From the IMG/VR virus record IMGVR_UViG_3300002091_000847, positions 1 to 31,155 of that record: 31,155 nt of DNA; one strand, 5' to 3'. Numbering within the stretch: position 1 is the stretch's first letter; the number at the start of each line of letters is the position of its first letter. Under the pieces are notes generated by a model. The model saw nothing but the letters and a program-made list of their open reading frames with translations, did not search any database and was not told where the DNA came from. The stretch comes from a virus. Lineage: Duplodnaviria; Caudoviricetes. Of this stretch, positions 1 through 12,895 are shown piece by piece. The position numbers were made by a program, and so were the translations under genes.

Positions 1-847
1 CGCTCGATCCGCCGCGTCCTCCTGCACCACCACCACCGCCAGTATATGCCAAACCGGCAGTATTTGAATTGTTAGTCGAACCACCGAGGCCACCGCCACC
101 GTTCCCACCTGCGAACACGCCCGATCCGTTAGCAGTATCAACTCCACCACCACCACCGCCAGCAAACCATACGTTACCGAGGTATCGATCTCCGATACTA
201 TAGGTATTAGCATTAGCATAAGAAATTATAGTCGATACGATGCCGTTTCCTCCGGCACCGCCAGTAGTAGTAGTACTATCTTGACCAGGAGCACCAGCAC
301 CGCCGCCGCCACCTCCTGATGTAGAACCACCGCCTCCCGATGCTCCTCCTGGATTTCCTGCTGTTGCTGAACCACCGGCGCCGCCGCCAGACCCACCACC
401 ACCTGACCCCCCAGTACCACCAGTAGCACTGTTAGACGATCCGCCATAGCCGCCACCGTCACAGGTAATGGTAGTAAATCCTGATCCGGCTACGCTGCTT
501 GCCGATCCGTTCTGTGTAATACCGGCTGTAGTAGTCCCCCCAGGGCCGCCTGCACCTACGGTTACAGTATATGCTTGGGCTACTAATGAGGCTGTTCCGG
601 ATTTTAATCCACCAGCACCACCACCGCCTCCACGCGACCATCCACCCCCAGCACCCCCAGCAACTACAAGATAAGTTACTGATAGACTAACCAGTGGTGT
701 AAATGTTCCTGTGTTAATGAATACATGAGTAGTATAGCCGCCTCCTGAGAAAATGTAATCACCACCAGTTGCATAAGTTACTAACAAACCGTTAGGGTTT
801 ACACGCTGTAGAGAAACTTTCCTCGAACCGGTAGTCTTAGTACTCAT
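1..847 (-). CDS. Glycine-rich phage structural/fibre-associated protein (3' end runs off the window)
   Basis: Not in the ORF track because it has no stop in the window. ATG at 847 overlaps the TAA of 847..1176 (TAATG). Translates MSTKTTGSRKVSLQ...YTTHVFINTGTFTP...YLVVAGGAGGG...GGGGGAGG, the typical phage Gly-rich domain pattern. Confidence 0.8.
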   Translation of the reverse strand, partial: MSTKTTGSRKVSLQRVNPNGLLVTYATGGDYIFSGGGYTTHVFINTGTFTPLVSLSVTYLVVAGGAGGGWSRGGGGGAGGLKSGTASLVAQAYTVTVGAGGPGGTTTAGITQNGSASSVAGSGFTTITCDGGGYGGSSNSATGGTGGSGGGGSGGGAGGSATAGNPGGASGGGGSTSGGGGGGAGAPGQDSTTTTGGAGGNGIVSTIISYANANTYSIGDRYLGNVWFAGGGGGGVDTANGSGVFAGGNGGGGLGGSTNNSNTAGLAYTGGGGGAGGRGGSS

Positions 848-1176
848 TAGGTTATCTCCGACCCAAATAGATTAAAACTTAAAGTAGTAGTGCTCGCATA
901 TACGCTAACAACATCTGTAGTCGCTAAGGTTATGCCTAATGTCAGTGCTATGCTATCGTTAGCAGGTACTACAGTATCGTAACTAAGATAATGTTGAGCA
1001 AGTATGCTGGCTCCAGCTGGTCGAACAGCAACACGGAACGTTGCATTAGTGCTGGCCTGATTACAGATCATCAGCGTACTAACCACAGTGCTAGTAGTGG
1101 CGGGTACTGTATATAAAGTTGTTAGCGATGTTGCTGAGGGATTTAACTGTCCCAATACTTTGTATGTCGTCGCCAT
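847..1176 (-). CDS. Small beta-rich phage protein, probably virion/fibre associated (109 aa)
   Basis: MATTYKVLGQ..TTLYTVP..ICNQ..FRVAVRP..SFNLFGSEIT; lies between the collagen-like and Gly-rich genes and is tightly packed against both. Confidence 0.7.
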   Translation of the reverse strand: MATTYKVLGQLNPSATSLTTLYTVPATTSTVVSTLMICNQASTNATFRVAVRPAGASILAQHYLSYDTVVPANDSIALTLGITLATTDVVSVYASTTTLSFNLFGSEIT

Positions 1177-1177
1177 C

Positions 1178-4399
<3,222 letters not shown>

Positions 4400-4403
4400 T
4401 TAA

Positions 4404-5834
<1,431 letters not shown>

Positions 5835-5835
5835 T

Positions 5836-6348
5836 TCAATGCTTAACGTATGAATAACCCGTACAGGGCGGTGCTAAACAAGTGATATTCATAGTGGCCC
5901 TGTCTGATACAGTGGGACTATCCTGTACTATATTAGCACCGATACCACTACCTTTTAGTCCTAACACGAAACTCTTATCAGCTGCACCTGCTTGTGTTAT
6001 ATTTGCTGTGTTATTATTGTTAACAGTAGCAGGATCTAAGTTGATCGCTGCTATATGATTACCGGATCCGCTCTGTAATATGCCCAATATGTTGTTGTTA
6101 TTGCCCTGATTAGGAGCAACTACATAGGAATTGCCATTCATACCCGAGGGCGGTGTGCCCATAAACGCAACATGACTACCCGTATCCGATTGATTTACTG
6201 TTAGAGTATTGTTATTACCCTGGCTCAGTATTATAGATTGGCTGTTATTACTATCCACACTGATGTTATTACCCGAACCGACTTGATCTATATAAACAGA
6301 TCCAGCGTAAGCCTGTGTTATTAACAGTAATCCTAATAATCTTTTCAT
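5836..6348 (-). CDS. Secreted curlin-repeat protein (CsgA/CsgB-like), 170 aa
   Basis: Signal peptide MKRLLGLLLITQAYA. N/Q/G/S-rich repeats VYIDQVGSGNN, SQGNNNTLTVNQ, QSGSGNH, NNNTANITQAG fit the curlin x-x-x-x-Q-x-G-x-x-N pattern. Lies in an operon with csgG/csgF. Confidence 0.7.
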   Translation of the reverse strand: MKRLLGLLLITQAYAGSVYIDQVGSGNNISVDSNNSQSIILSQGNNNTLTVNQSDTGSHVAFMGTPPSGMNGNSYVVAPNQGNNNNILGILQSGSGNHIAAINLDPATVNNNNTANITQAGAADKSFVLGLKGSGIGANIVQDSPTVSDRATMNITCLAPPCTGYSYVKH

Positions 6349-7457
6349 TTTACCTGCTTTATGTTTATGATAGATCCACCAGTACGATTAACTACCTGCT
6401 TGATAGGAACATCATCTTGTGTTAGATTTACCGTAGTAGCAGAGTCTTTATCCAATGTGACGCTAGCAAAGTGTGTCGGAGCAGTCCTGTATATAGTAAC
6501 AGCATTATAATCTAAGTAATATAATAGTCCTGCGTTCTTATTGGGTTTGTAGTTAATTAACATCTGTGTAGGATCGTTTAGCATGTTTTCTAACAGTTGG
6601 CTATTCAATAGATCCAACATGTTAAGTAGGAACTGATTATCCAGCGCATTAACATCTAATTTATTGCCGTTAACTGTTAATAGATTTACATTAAGGTCAT
6701 CGAACTTTAGGAAGTCCTTGTCTAAGAAGTTAATATCTAATGCTGTTTTCATAGTTTGTTCTTTATCTTCAGCATGTTTGGGAGGTGTTATGATCAACAT
6801 GTTATTAATCTGATCCATATTCAACTTTAGTATGACACTCTTACCTGGGTTCTGTTCTTTAGATACTGTGCGAGTCGCCTGGAACGGCTTATCAAGTATC
6901 TCTACTCCCATGTCAGTAGTCACAGATATAACACCCGTCTTACAGTCTTTCTCTATGTTCTTCCAATTAGGTGGGCAACTGGGTAATAGTATTATGAGAC
7001 TGCGTCCAAGTTCATCTACAGTCATACTAAAGTCTGTACCACGCACACCAATAGTAGCACTGGGTGTTTCTACTTTAACGCTCTGTGGATTGTCCTTAGC
7101 GATCTGACCGCTGGCATAACGAGCAGTACCTAATGCTACTCTTATGCCCAGTTTACCCGCATCGCCTTTGTTTGGATCGTATACGAAGTCGTCTATGACT
7201 AGTTTGCTCTGTTCAGTTATCTGTACTTTAGTATCGTCCTTGAATGTGATCTGGGCACGTGATCGAGCAGTTACGACAGCATCATTCATCTCGACACCAC
7301 TGTTAGTTTCGCTGGGAATAACTTCCTTGTTTCTCTGTATTTCCATAGGTCCCGACTGTTCAGTAACAGTCCCTATTATCGCCAGTGCGTCAGTTGCCGC
7401 TACGGACAGTAATAGTGTTATTAGAACCCACGCTCTTGACGTTAACCTTGCTGTCAA
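6345..7457 (-). CDS. Secreted FecR-domain protein
   Basis: Signal peptide, then IGTV...D.V.T...AQITFKDDTKVQITEQSKLVIDDFVYDP...V.TPSATIGVRGTDFSMTVDELG, the FecR-domain signature. The TTG start at 7457 is uncertain and overlaps the upstream gene by 68 nt. Confidence 0.8.
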   Translation of the reverse strand: MTARLTSRAWVLITLLLSVAATDALAIIGTVTEQSGPMEIQRNKEVIPSETNSGVEMNDAVVTARSRAQITFKDDTKVQITEQSKLVIDDFVYDPNKGDAGKLGIRVALGTARYASGQIAKDNPQSVKVETPSATIGVRGTDFSMTVDELGRSLIILLPSCPPNWKNIEKDCKTGVISVTTDMGVEILDKPFQATRTVSKEQNPGKSVILKLNMDQINNMLIITPPKHAEDKEQTMKTALDINFLDKDFLKFDDLNVNLLTVNGNKLDVNALDNQFLLNMLDLLNSQLLENMLNDPTQMLINYKPNKNAGLLYYLDYNAVTIYRTAPTHFASVTLDKDSATTVNLTQDDVPIKQVVNRTGGSIINIKQVK

Positions 7458-8073
7458 CTGTTCCAGTTTGTGTCACTCCGATGTTATTGCTTGATCCTGT
7501 CACGTCTACCATAGCATCGAATCCAGTAGCACCCGCTGGGCCGCTCTGTGATATTGACACTGTGTTCTGTCCACCTGCGATCGTTATACTGGACTTCGCA
7601 CCTAGTAAGTGATCGCTTGCGTTATTAATGGTTGCTGTATTGCCGTCACCGCCTGTTGTGACGATGCTTGCTGTGCTCTTAGCACCTGTGGTTATGCTTA
7701 GAGTATTTCCCGATCCTGTAGTATCTGCTGTTAGATTAGCATCGGTACAGGCCGTAGTTGGCATCGCACCACAACTTAGATTTACTACATTGTTATCGCC
7801 CGTTGCTGTTGAGTTAACTACTGCACCACCACCTTGGATGTTAACATTAGCCGTGTTGCCATAGCCGATCTGCTGAATCATAACCGTCTGATTGTTGCCG
7901 TAGAAGATAGCCTTCGTGGTTTCATTTCCCAGTTCATTGCCACCGCCAGTCTGGGTCAGATTGATGACGCTGCTGCTGCCAACCTGATCGATGTAGACCA
8001 TGTTGTTTGGTCCTGCTGTGACGTTTGTTGCTAGGAATAATAGTCCCAGTGCTAATATTGCTATGTTTTTCAT
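7390..8073 (-). CDS. Secreted curlin-repeat protein (CsgA-like), about 227 aa
   Basis: Start moved to ATG 8073 (SD AAGGAG upstream). Signal peptide MKNIAILALGLLFLATNVTA. Repeats VYIDQVGSSS, LTQTGGGN, IQQIGYGNTA, GGDGNTA, GSSNNIGVTQ, GSNNTITV. Confidence 0.72.
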   Translation of the reverse strand: MKNIAILALGLLFLATNVTAGPNNMVYIDQVGSSSVINLTQTGGGNELGNETTKAIFYGNNQTVMIQQIGYGNTANVNIQGGGAVVNSTATGDNNVVNLSCGAMPTTACTDANLTADTTGSGNTLSITTGAKSTASIVTTGGDGNTATINNASDHLLGAKSSITIAGGQNTVSISQSGPAGATGFDAMVDVTGSSNNIGVTQTGTVDSKVNVKSVGSNNTITVRSGN

Positions 8074-8083
8074 AGCGTTCTCC

Positions 8084-8917
8084 TTAGGGCGTAGGTGCCG
8101 GTTGGGATTCTGTTTTCGCTTTAGTCGAAGCGAATTTCCACAATCCCTTAGTGACACCTTGCTTGATTAGATCTACTACTGCTGCTTCGGTTGCTAGTCT
8201 AACCGCATAAGTAGATGATTCGTTAGTATTGGAACCTATTTCGGTCTGTACGCTCATAGTTCCATGATCGACAAACTTCATAATGTTTCCGCTCAGTCCA
8301 GTGCTTAATATAGTCTTAGTAGCACCTGCTGATATAAGGACTTCACCTGTGTGTACAGATATCAAACGTATAATAACCGTGACTACGTCTGTCCTATATT
8401 GCGCCGTAGCACCGATGCCGAGGAGAGCAGCACCGGCCCCACCTGAAGATAAGTTAGTATCATATCCTACTATTCCACCCTCGACCATAATGCCCGCAAT
8501 GAGCATGGGAGATAAAGGTTTAGCATCCTTACCTTCATATGTTTCACGTTGATTACGTATCAACTGACGTTCTTTAATTAGATTATCAAGTCCAACTCGT
8601 TCCACTACTTGGAACCATTTACCCTTGCCTGCGTCCTGCATCGCCTTGATTAAGAATACTTCGCCGCCCTGTGTGACCGCGCTGCTCAATACGCTGAACT
8701 TATCGTTCTCCTTACGCTGCCCAGTCTTATCACCAAACCCATACATCGCAACTGTTATCTGCGGACCATCGGGTGGTGTTAGGTTAACTAAATCATTATA
8801 GCGACTCTTAGTCACGGGCTCTGGCAGATCAGTAGGTTCAATCTTATTCGATTGTTCTTTCATGACGTTACAGCCGCTGAGTATCAATGAAAACAGTATG
8901 ATAGCAAGAGTTCTCAA
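8084..8917 (-). CDS. csgG: Curli secretion channel CsgG (HfaB-like) lipoprotein
   Basis: Lipobox LSGC. CsgG motifs VAMYGFGDKTGQRK, SSAVTQGG, WFQVVERVGLDNLIKERQLIR, EGGIVGYDTN..SGG.GA..LGIG...QYRTDVVTV..RLISV.TGEVL. Confidence 0.92.
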   Translation of the reverse strand: MRTLAIILFSLILSGCNVMKEQSNKIEPTDLPEPVTKSRYNDLVNLTPPDGPQITVAMYGFGDKTGQRKENDKFSVLSSAVTQGGEVFLIKAMQDAGKGKWFQVVERVGLDNLIKERQLIRNQRETYEGKDAKPLSPMLIAGIMVEGGIVGYDTNLSSGGAGAALLGIGATAQYRTDVVTVIIRLISVHTGEVLISAGATKTILSTGLSGNIMKFVDHGTMSVQTEIGSNTNESSTYAVRLATEAAVVDLIKQGVTKGLWKFASTKAKTESQPAPTP

Positions 8918-9360
8918 AACTTGAAACTCCCTATTGGCACTGTTATTTCTGTGCGATTATTGTGTGTATCAACGACTACTAAGTTGATAGTCTGGTTAAC
9001 TGTATCTTTAACCCAAGTTATAACGCTACCTTCGAAGTTCAGTGTCCCAGTAGTAGATCCATCAGCGAACATAGCATTGCTCAACTGTAGACTTAACTGT
9101 GCGTAGATACGTGATTCTAAATTGTTTAGGAACTTGTTTAAGTTCGTGTTGGCTGCTGCTGTTGCTGCTGCTTCTTGTCTTGCTTTAGTCGCAGATTCTC
9201 TCGCTTGCTTGCGACTGAACTCTTCTTGCTCTATAGTAAGCATGTGAGTGCTATAACCCTCGCCACTAAATGCGGGATTTTTAAAACCAAATACCATCTC
9301 ACTCGCCGAAATCTGTGAGGAGAATAGTAAAAATGATAAGAAAAACGCCAGTTTACGCAT
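8914..9360 (-). CDS. csgF: Curli assembly protein CsgF
   Basis: Start moved to ATG 9360 (SD GGAGG). Signal peptide, then SEMVFGFKNPAFSG (CsgF N-terminal F.NP.F.G motif), FLNNLESRIYAQLS and C-terminal TEITVP. Directly upstream of csgG. Confidence 0.85.
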   Translation of the reverse strand: MRKLAFFLSFLLFSSQISASEMVFGFKNPAFSGEGYSTHMLTIEQEEFSRKQARESATKARQEAAATAAANTNLNKFLNNLESRIYAQLSLQLSNAMFADGSTTGTLNFEGSVITWVKDTVNQTINLVVVDTHNNRTEITVPIGSFKF

Positions 9361-9393
9361 ACAAGCCTCCAGAATATTTATCAAGAGGCTTGT
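9361..9393 (-). promoter_or_regulatory. RBS-sequestering hairpin with TAAATA in its loop, upstream of csgF
   Basis: Minus strand: ACAAGCCTC-ttgaTAAATAttctg-GAGGCTTGT-ATG. A 9-bp perfect stem whose 3' arm contains most of the SD. Confidence 0.7.
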
Positions 9394-9398
9394 TTTTA

Positions 9399-9824
9399 TT
9401 AAACTGCTACTTTAATTTCTTCTCTCAAATAGCGTAGCAATTCTTTATCTGTTGGCTGTACAGAGTAATTCTGCTTAAAGAATATCTCATAACTGTCGCT
9501 ACCATACTTGCCAATACCATACAGTTCAGTAGCATCATTCTGATCCCACTTAGCGAACTGCTCACTCATCTTGCGGATACGTTTCTCCCGGACATTAACT
9601 AAGCCCAACGGCCATATCACTTCCTTAACAGCCTCAGGTGTTGCGTAAACAACATGGAATGGTGTAGGGAACTGTTTCATGAATAGAGGGAACACAGTCT
9701 TGACCGGCTTACGTCCAGTCTGGTTTAACATGATAACAGCGACCATATGTTGCCATATCTTCATAGGTCCCACACCAGGCAACTGTTGCTGTACCATAAG
9801 GTCGTCGCGTAGTGGTTGTATCAT
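9399..9824 (-). CDS. MBD4-like HhH-GPD DNA glycosylase
   Basis: W..MVAVIMLNQT, FPTP, PLGL, and helix-hairpin-helix LYGIGKYGSDSYEIFF, very like the MBD4 glycosylase motif LHGIGKYGNDSYRIF as I recall it. Confidence 0.8.
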   Translation of the reverse strand: MIQPLRDDLMVQQQLPGVGPMKIWQHMVAVIMLNQTGRKPVKTVFPLFMKQFPTPFHVVYATPEAVKEVIWPLGLVNVREKRIRKMSEQFAKWDQNDATELYGIGKYGSDSYEIFFKQNYSVQPTDKELLRYLREEIKVAV

Positions 9825-10051
9825 GGCCTATACTTTCCATACCAAAACTTGCTGCTTTCTCTCAATCTAGTGTTGCTCTCACGTACATATTCTAACAATG
9901 CCTTAGCCAGTACCGCTTGATCTCTACGCCAAGTCACATCCTCAGTCTCAGATATCTTTTCAATAAGTTCCTGTGCCATATCGATATATGGACAGGTATC
10001 ATCAGGTACTACGGGCTTCTTTATCTTTAAGGCTCCCGGTATACGTGTCAT
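9821..10051 (-). CDS. Hypothetical protein
   Basis: ATGA overlaps with both neighbours. Confidence 0.65.
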   Translation of the reverse strand: MTRIPGALKIKKPVVPDDTCPYIDMAQELIEKISETEDVTWRRDQAVLAKALLEYVRESNTRLRESSKFWYGKYRP

Positions 10052-10467
10052 TTTACCTTCTCAACTATCTTCTTATAACCTTCCTTACTAGGATGGATAC
10101 CGTCTGATTGTACACCTTCAATGCCAACAACTCTATCGTTATACTTGCCGGCGATGTTGTATACGATAGTCTGTATCTCTTCGATAGGAACATTGCTGGA
10201 CTGTAGATTACCAGCCGGCAGTATCCAGAATACACGTTCGGCTTTAAGACGATCACGTATCTTTAATAGTTCTTTCTCAGTCTTAACATGTGCGTGATCA
10301 TTACTACCTAGGCTGATAATGGCAGTCCTGGCCACTAGATCCTCGCTAACGAATATCTTATTAAACTGCCAACTGTTGATACCACCCTTGGCTATCTTAG
10401 CACAGGTCGAATAGTATTGTTGTGCTCCAATAGCGATGCTATCACCGAGTAATAAACATTCAAACAT
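10048..10467 (-). CDS. SGNH/GDSL hydrolase
   Basis: Blocks LLGDSIA, G, SLGSND and DGIHP. Confidence 0.85.
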   Translation of the reverse strand: MFECLLLGDSIAIGAQQYYSTCAKIAKGGINSWQFNKIFVSEDLVARTAIISLGSNDHAHVKTEKELLKIRDRLKAERVFWILPAGNLQSSNVPIEEIQTIVYNIAGKYNDRVVGIEGVQSDGIHPSKEGYKKIVEKVK

Positions 10468-11125
10468 TCTGTTTATACTCCCTCCAAGTTAACTCATACG
10501 ATACTTCGAAAATATCCGGCTTACAGGCATAAAACTCGCCCTTGATGCCTTTGATAATGTAGTCGCCAACTGTCGCCATATGTTCTACTTGTGACAGGCG
10601 ACCATCTTCTAGCGTACGGATATGTGCTTCATTGTTTACAATAGCACCAAGAGCGTCGCCGCAGAATAAACGCAACTCTTCTTCGTTCTCACCAGTGAAC
10701 TTAACTGCTTGGATCACTACTGGCTTCTTTTCGTAGTTGTCTGGAACAAATTCTACATCTAGAGGACCAGTGACGAATGTTTCGCTATCATCGAAACTCC
10801 ACCCTTCGTTCTCTAATCCCTCATCGCCTTCTTCATCGTAGATACCTTCGAGCCGTTCGATTTCATCTGTATCCATGTCATCGGGCCAGTTCCATTCTGC
10901 CCAGCAACCATCATCTAGATCACTATGGACACTATCGACAACATTGCCAAAGTCATTGACATCGTGCTGATCATCTTCTTTATAGATACTCAGATCAGGT
11001 TTAGTATCGTATTTCCATTTACCCCAACGCCACCCAACTTCACGGGTGGCAGTGAGTTCACCGTTGCTGTAAGTTTCAATCTGTGTGACGTTCTTCTTTT
11101 CTCTATTGCTAACTCGCCAGGTCAT
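10460..11125 (-). CDS. Two-domain phage protein: acidic N-terminal domain plus common phage KKPVVIxAV...GDYIIKG..GEFY.CKPDIF domain
   Basis: C-terminal YEKKPVVIQAVKFTG...GDYIIKGIKGEFYACKPDIFEVSYE is a widespread phage domain of unknown function. Confidence 0.7.
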   Translation of the reverse strand: MTWRVSNREKKNVTQIETYSNGELTATREVGWRWGKWKYDTKPDLSIYKEDDQHDVNDFGNVVDSVHSDLDDGCWAEWNWPDDMDTDEIERLEGIYDEEGDEGLENEGWSFDDSETFVTGPLDVEFVPDNYEKKPVVIQAVKFTGENEEELRLFCGDALGAIVNNEAHIRTLEDGRLSQVEHMATVGDYIIKGIKGEFYACKPDIFEVSYELTWREYKQNV

Positions 11126-11565
11126 TATACATCCTCTCCTAATCTGCGTGTTGCTAGTTCCAGTGCTGCTGCTTTATCCACAGGACTTAAATCACCATAC
11201 ATAGTGCGCCGTGCTAGGCTCCATTGGCAAGCACGATCGATCAGATCCTGTACCTTACGATAGTCTTTAGTAATCATATAGTGTATTTCGATATCCTGTA
11301 GGAAACGCTCATAGATATCCATCTTCTCCTGTTGCTTGAGGATAACCATCTGCTGTCGCTCAGCGAAGTTGTCACGAACATTGATACCTACTTCTAGTTC
11401 AAATACTCGTTCCTCAAGTGCTTTAGTGTTATTGCGTATCTTCTTAGGTTTAGTTTCCTGTAGTTCTTCTAGTAGATCTTCTACAGTCCGTTCTTCGTCC
11501 GATTGGAACAGACGATCAACCGGAGGCGTGGATAGGTCTACAGTATGCTTTACTCGTTTTCGCAT
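11125..11565 (-). CDS. Hypothetical helical/coiled-coil protein
   Basis: TAATG overlap with the downstream gene; charged helical composition. Confidence 0.65.
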   Translation of the reverse strand: MRKRVKHTVDLSTPPVDRLFQSDEERTVEDLLEELQETKPKKIRNNTKALEERVFELEVGINVRDNFAERQQMVILKQQEKMDIYERFLQDIEIHYMITKDYRKVQDLIDRACQWSLARRTMYGDLSPVDKAAALELATRRLGEDV

Positions 11566-11765
11566 CGTGCTACTACCTTACCGCAGACTACACAGACGTC
11601 TTGGACATAGATCATTTCTTCTAGCAGTTTATCCTTGTCGTTTGGTGTAGTGCTCCATTGTCGACTAATGATCTCTTTAAGTTCTTTAGTTGGTGTATAG
11701 ATGTCATAGCGTGGTTCGAACTTACAACCACGGAACCATTTTCCAATGCGGCTACATTCAGTCAT
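11550..11765 (-). CDS. Hypothetical protein with possible Zn-binding Cys residues
   Basis: ATGA overlap at the start; C-terminal CVVCG. Confidence 0.6.
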   Translation of the reverse strand: MTECSRIGKWFRGCKFEPRYDIYTPTKELKEIISRQWSTTPNDKDKLLEEMIYVQDVCVVCGKVVARCENE

Positions 11766-11959
11766 CGCGTTTTGATCCCTATGTTGTTGAGCATCTCACG
11801 TGCTTCGCTACATTCTTCAACGGTTAAGTCTTCAGTCAGTATATCGGTAATCAACATTTCCAGTTCTACATCATCCATAATCTGGATAGGCTGTGCGGGA
11901 TAATTAGGCCAAGGGTAAGTAAACTGGCCTTTCATAGTCCATTGCTTTTTCTCTGTCAT
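11762..11959 (-). CDS. Hypothetical protein
   Basis: SD AGGAG and a sigma70-like promoter upstream. Confidence 0.65.
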   Translation of the reverse strand: MTEKKQWTMKGQFTYPWPNYPAQPIQIMDDVELEMLITDILTEDLTVEECSEAREMLNNIGIKTR

Positions 11960-11978
11960 ACTGTGCTCCTGTTATTAT

Positions 11979-12006
11979 ACTATAACATCTAAAGATCGTA
12001 TGTCAA
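11979..12006 (-). promoter_or_regulatory. Sigma70-type promoter
   Basis: TTGACA-N16-TATAGT with an extended TG; followed by AGGAG and ATG 11959. Confidence 0.7.
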
Positions 12007-12188
12007 GTCTTAAGTTCGCCCACACGCTTGAGGAGATACTCACGTACCACCTCAAGGTTTTTTAGTTCGTCCGCTTCTAGTTCATTCAGTTCGTCTAAAC
12101 TATTAAATTTGTTTATTCGTAAATCGATGCTGTTGCGTATTTCGTAATCAAATGCGTTCTTTAAATAATAATTCATTGAAGGATTCAC
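12003..12188 (-). CDS. Hypothetical protein
   Basis: Fills the gap downstream of the yccA-like gene; exact start uncertain. Confidence 0.5.
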   Translation of the reverse strand: MNPSMNYYLKNAFDYEIRNSIDLRINKFNSLDELNELEADELKNLEVVREYLLKRVGELKT

Positions 12189-12192
12189 AGAA

Positions 12193-12885
12193 TCAGTCCT
12201 TGCGTTCGCCGACTAACTGTAGTAGGTTAACGAAGATATTAATGAAATCCAAGTAAAGAGTCAAAGCACCCATGATGCCTGCTCGTTCTCGATCGTCGCC
12301 GTAGGTATCGTAATAGATACTCTTGATCTGCTGTACATCCCAAGCGGTTAATCCCACGAATATAACTACGCTGAGTAGGCTGATGATGAACTGTAGCATA
12401 CTGCTCTGTAGGAAGATGTTAACTAGACCTGCGATTATCACACCAATCAGTCCCATCATGAGGAACGTACCCATACTGGTTAGGTCTTTCTTAGTGGTGT
12501 ATCCATATAGTGCGGTAGTGCCAAACATAGTAGCACTGATAAAGAATACCTGTACGATACTGCCCAGTTTAAATACGGCAAATATACTAGCGAGGCTAAG
12601 TCCCGTAAGTCCAGCATAGACGAAGAACCACATCTTAGCAGTTGACGGTGTCATGTCTTGTATCTTAAATCCGATAAAGAATACCAGTGCCAGTGGTGCT
12701 AGCATAACGATCCATACTTGTGGGCCGCCGAAGAACAGCATGAACAACTGTGGATCAGTCCCTACGATATAGGAAATGATACCACTGAGCAGTAATCCCA
12801 ATCCCATGTTATTGAATACGCTACGCATGTATTTCTGTAGTCCAACGTCGAAGTAATTGACGTCTTGTGCTCCTTGGTACAACAT
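12193..12885 (-). CDS. Bax inhibitor-1/YccA family membrane protein
   Basis: About 7 hydrophobic segments; YGYTTKKDLTSMG.FL.MGLIG, F.GLTAWDVQ.IK and GALTLYLDFINIF..LL motifs. Confidence 0.92.
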   Translation of the reverse strand: MLYQGAQDVNYFDVGLQKYMRSVFNNMGLGLLLSGIISYIVGTDPQLFMLFFGGPQVWIVMLAPLALVFFIGFKIQDMTPSTAKMWFFVYAGLTGLSLASIFAVFKLGSIVQVFFISATMFGTTALYGYTTKKDLTSMGTFLMMGLIGVIIAGLVNIFLQSSMLQFIISLLSVVIFVGLTAWDVQQIKSIYYDTYGDDRERAGIMGALTLYLDFINIFVNLLQLVGERKD

Positions 12886-12895
12886 TTATTTCTCC

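Noticed and set aside
226-674. Track ORFs 226..462, 459..641 and 468..674
   Set aside because: Shadows of the real Gly-rich minus-strand ORF starting at 847, which the track omits because it has no stop in the window.
8084-8917. Holdfast anchor (hfaABD) interpretation of the CsgG homologue
   Set aside because: The adjacent CsgF-like gene and curlin repeats fit curli better, and no hfs polysaccharide genes are present; only a phylogeny can fully exclude it.
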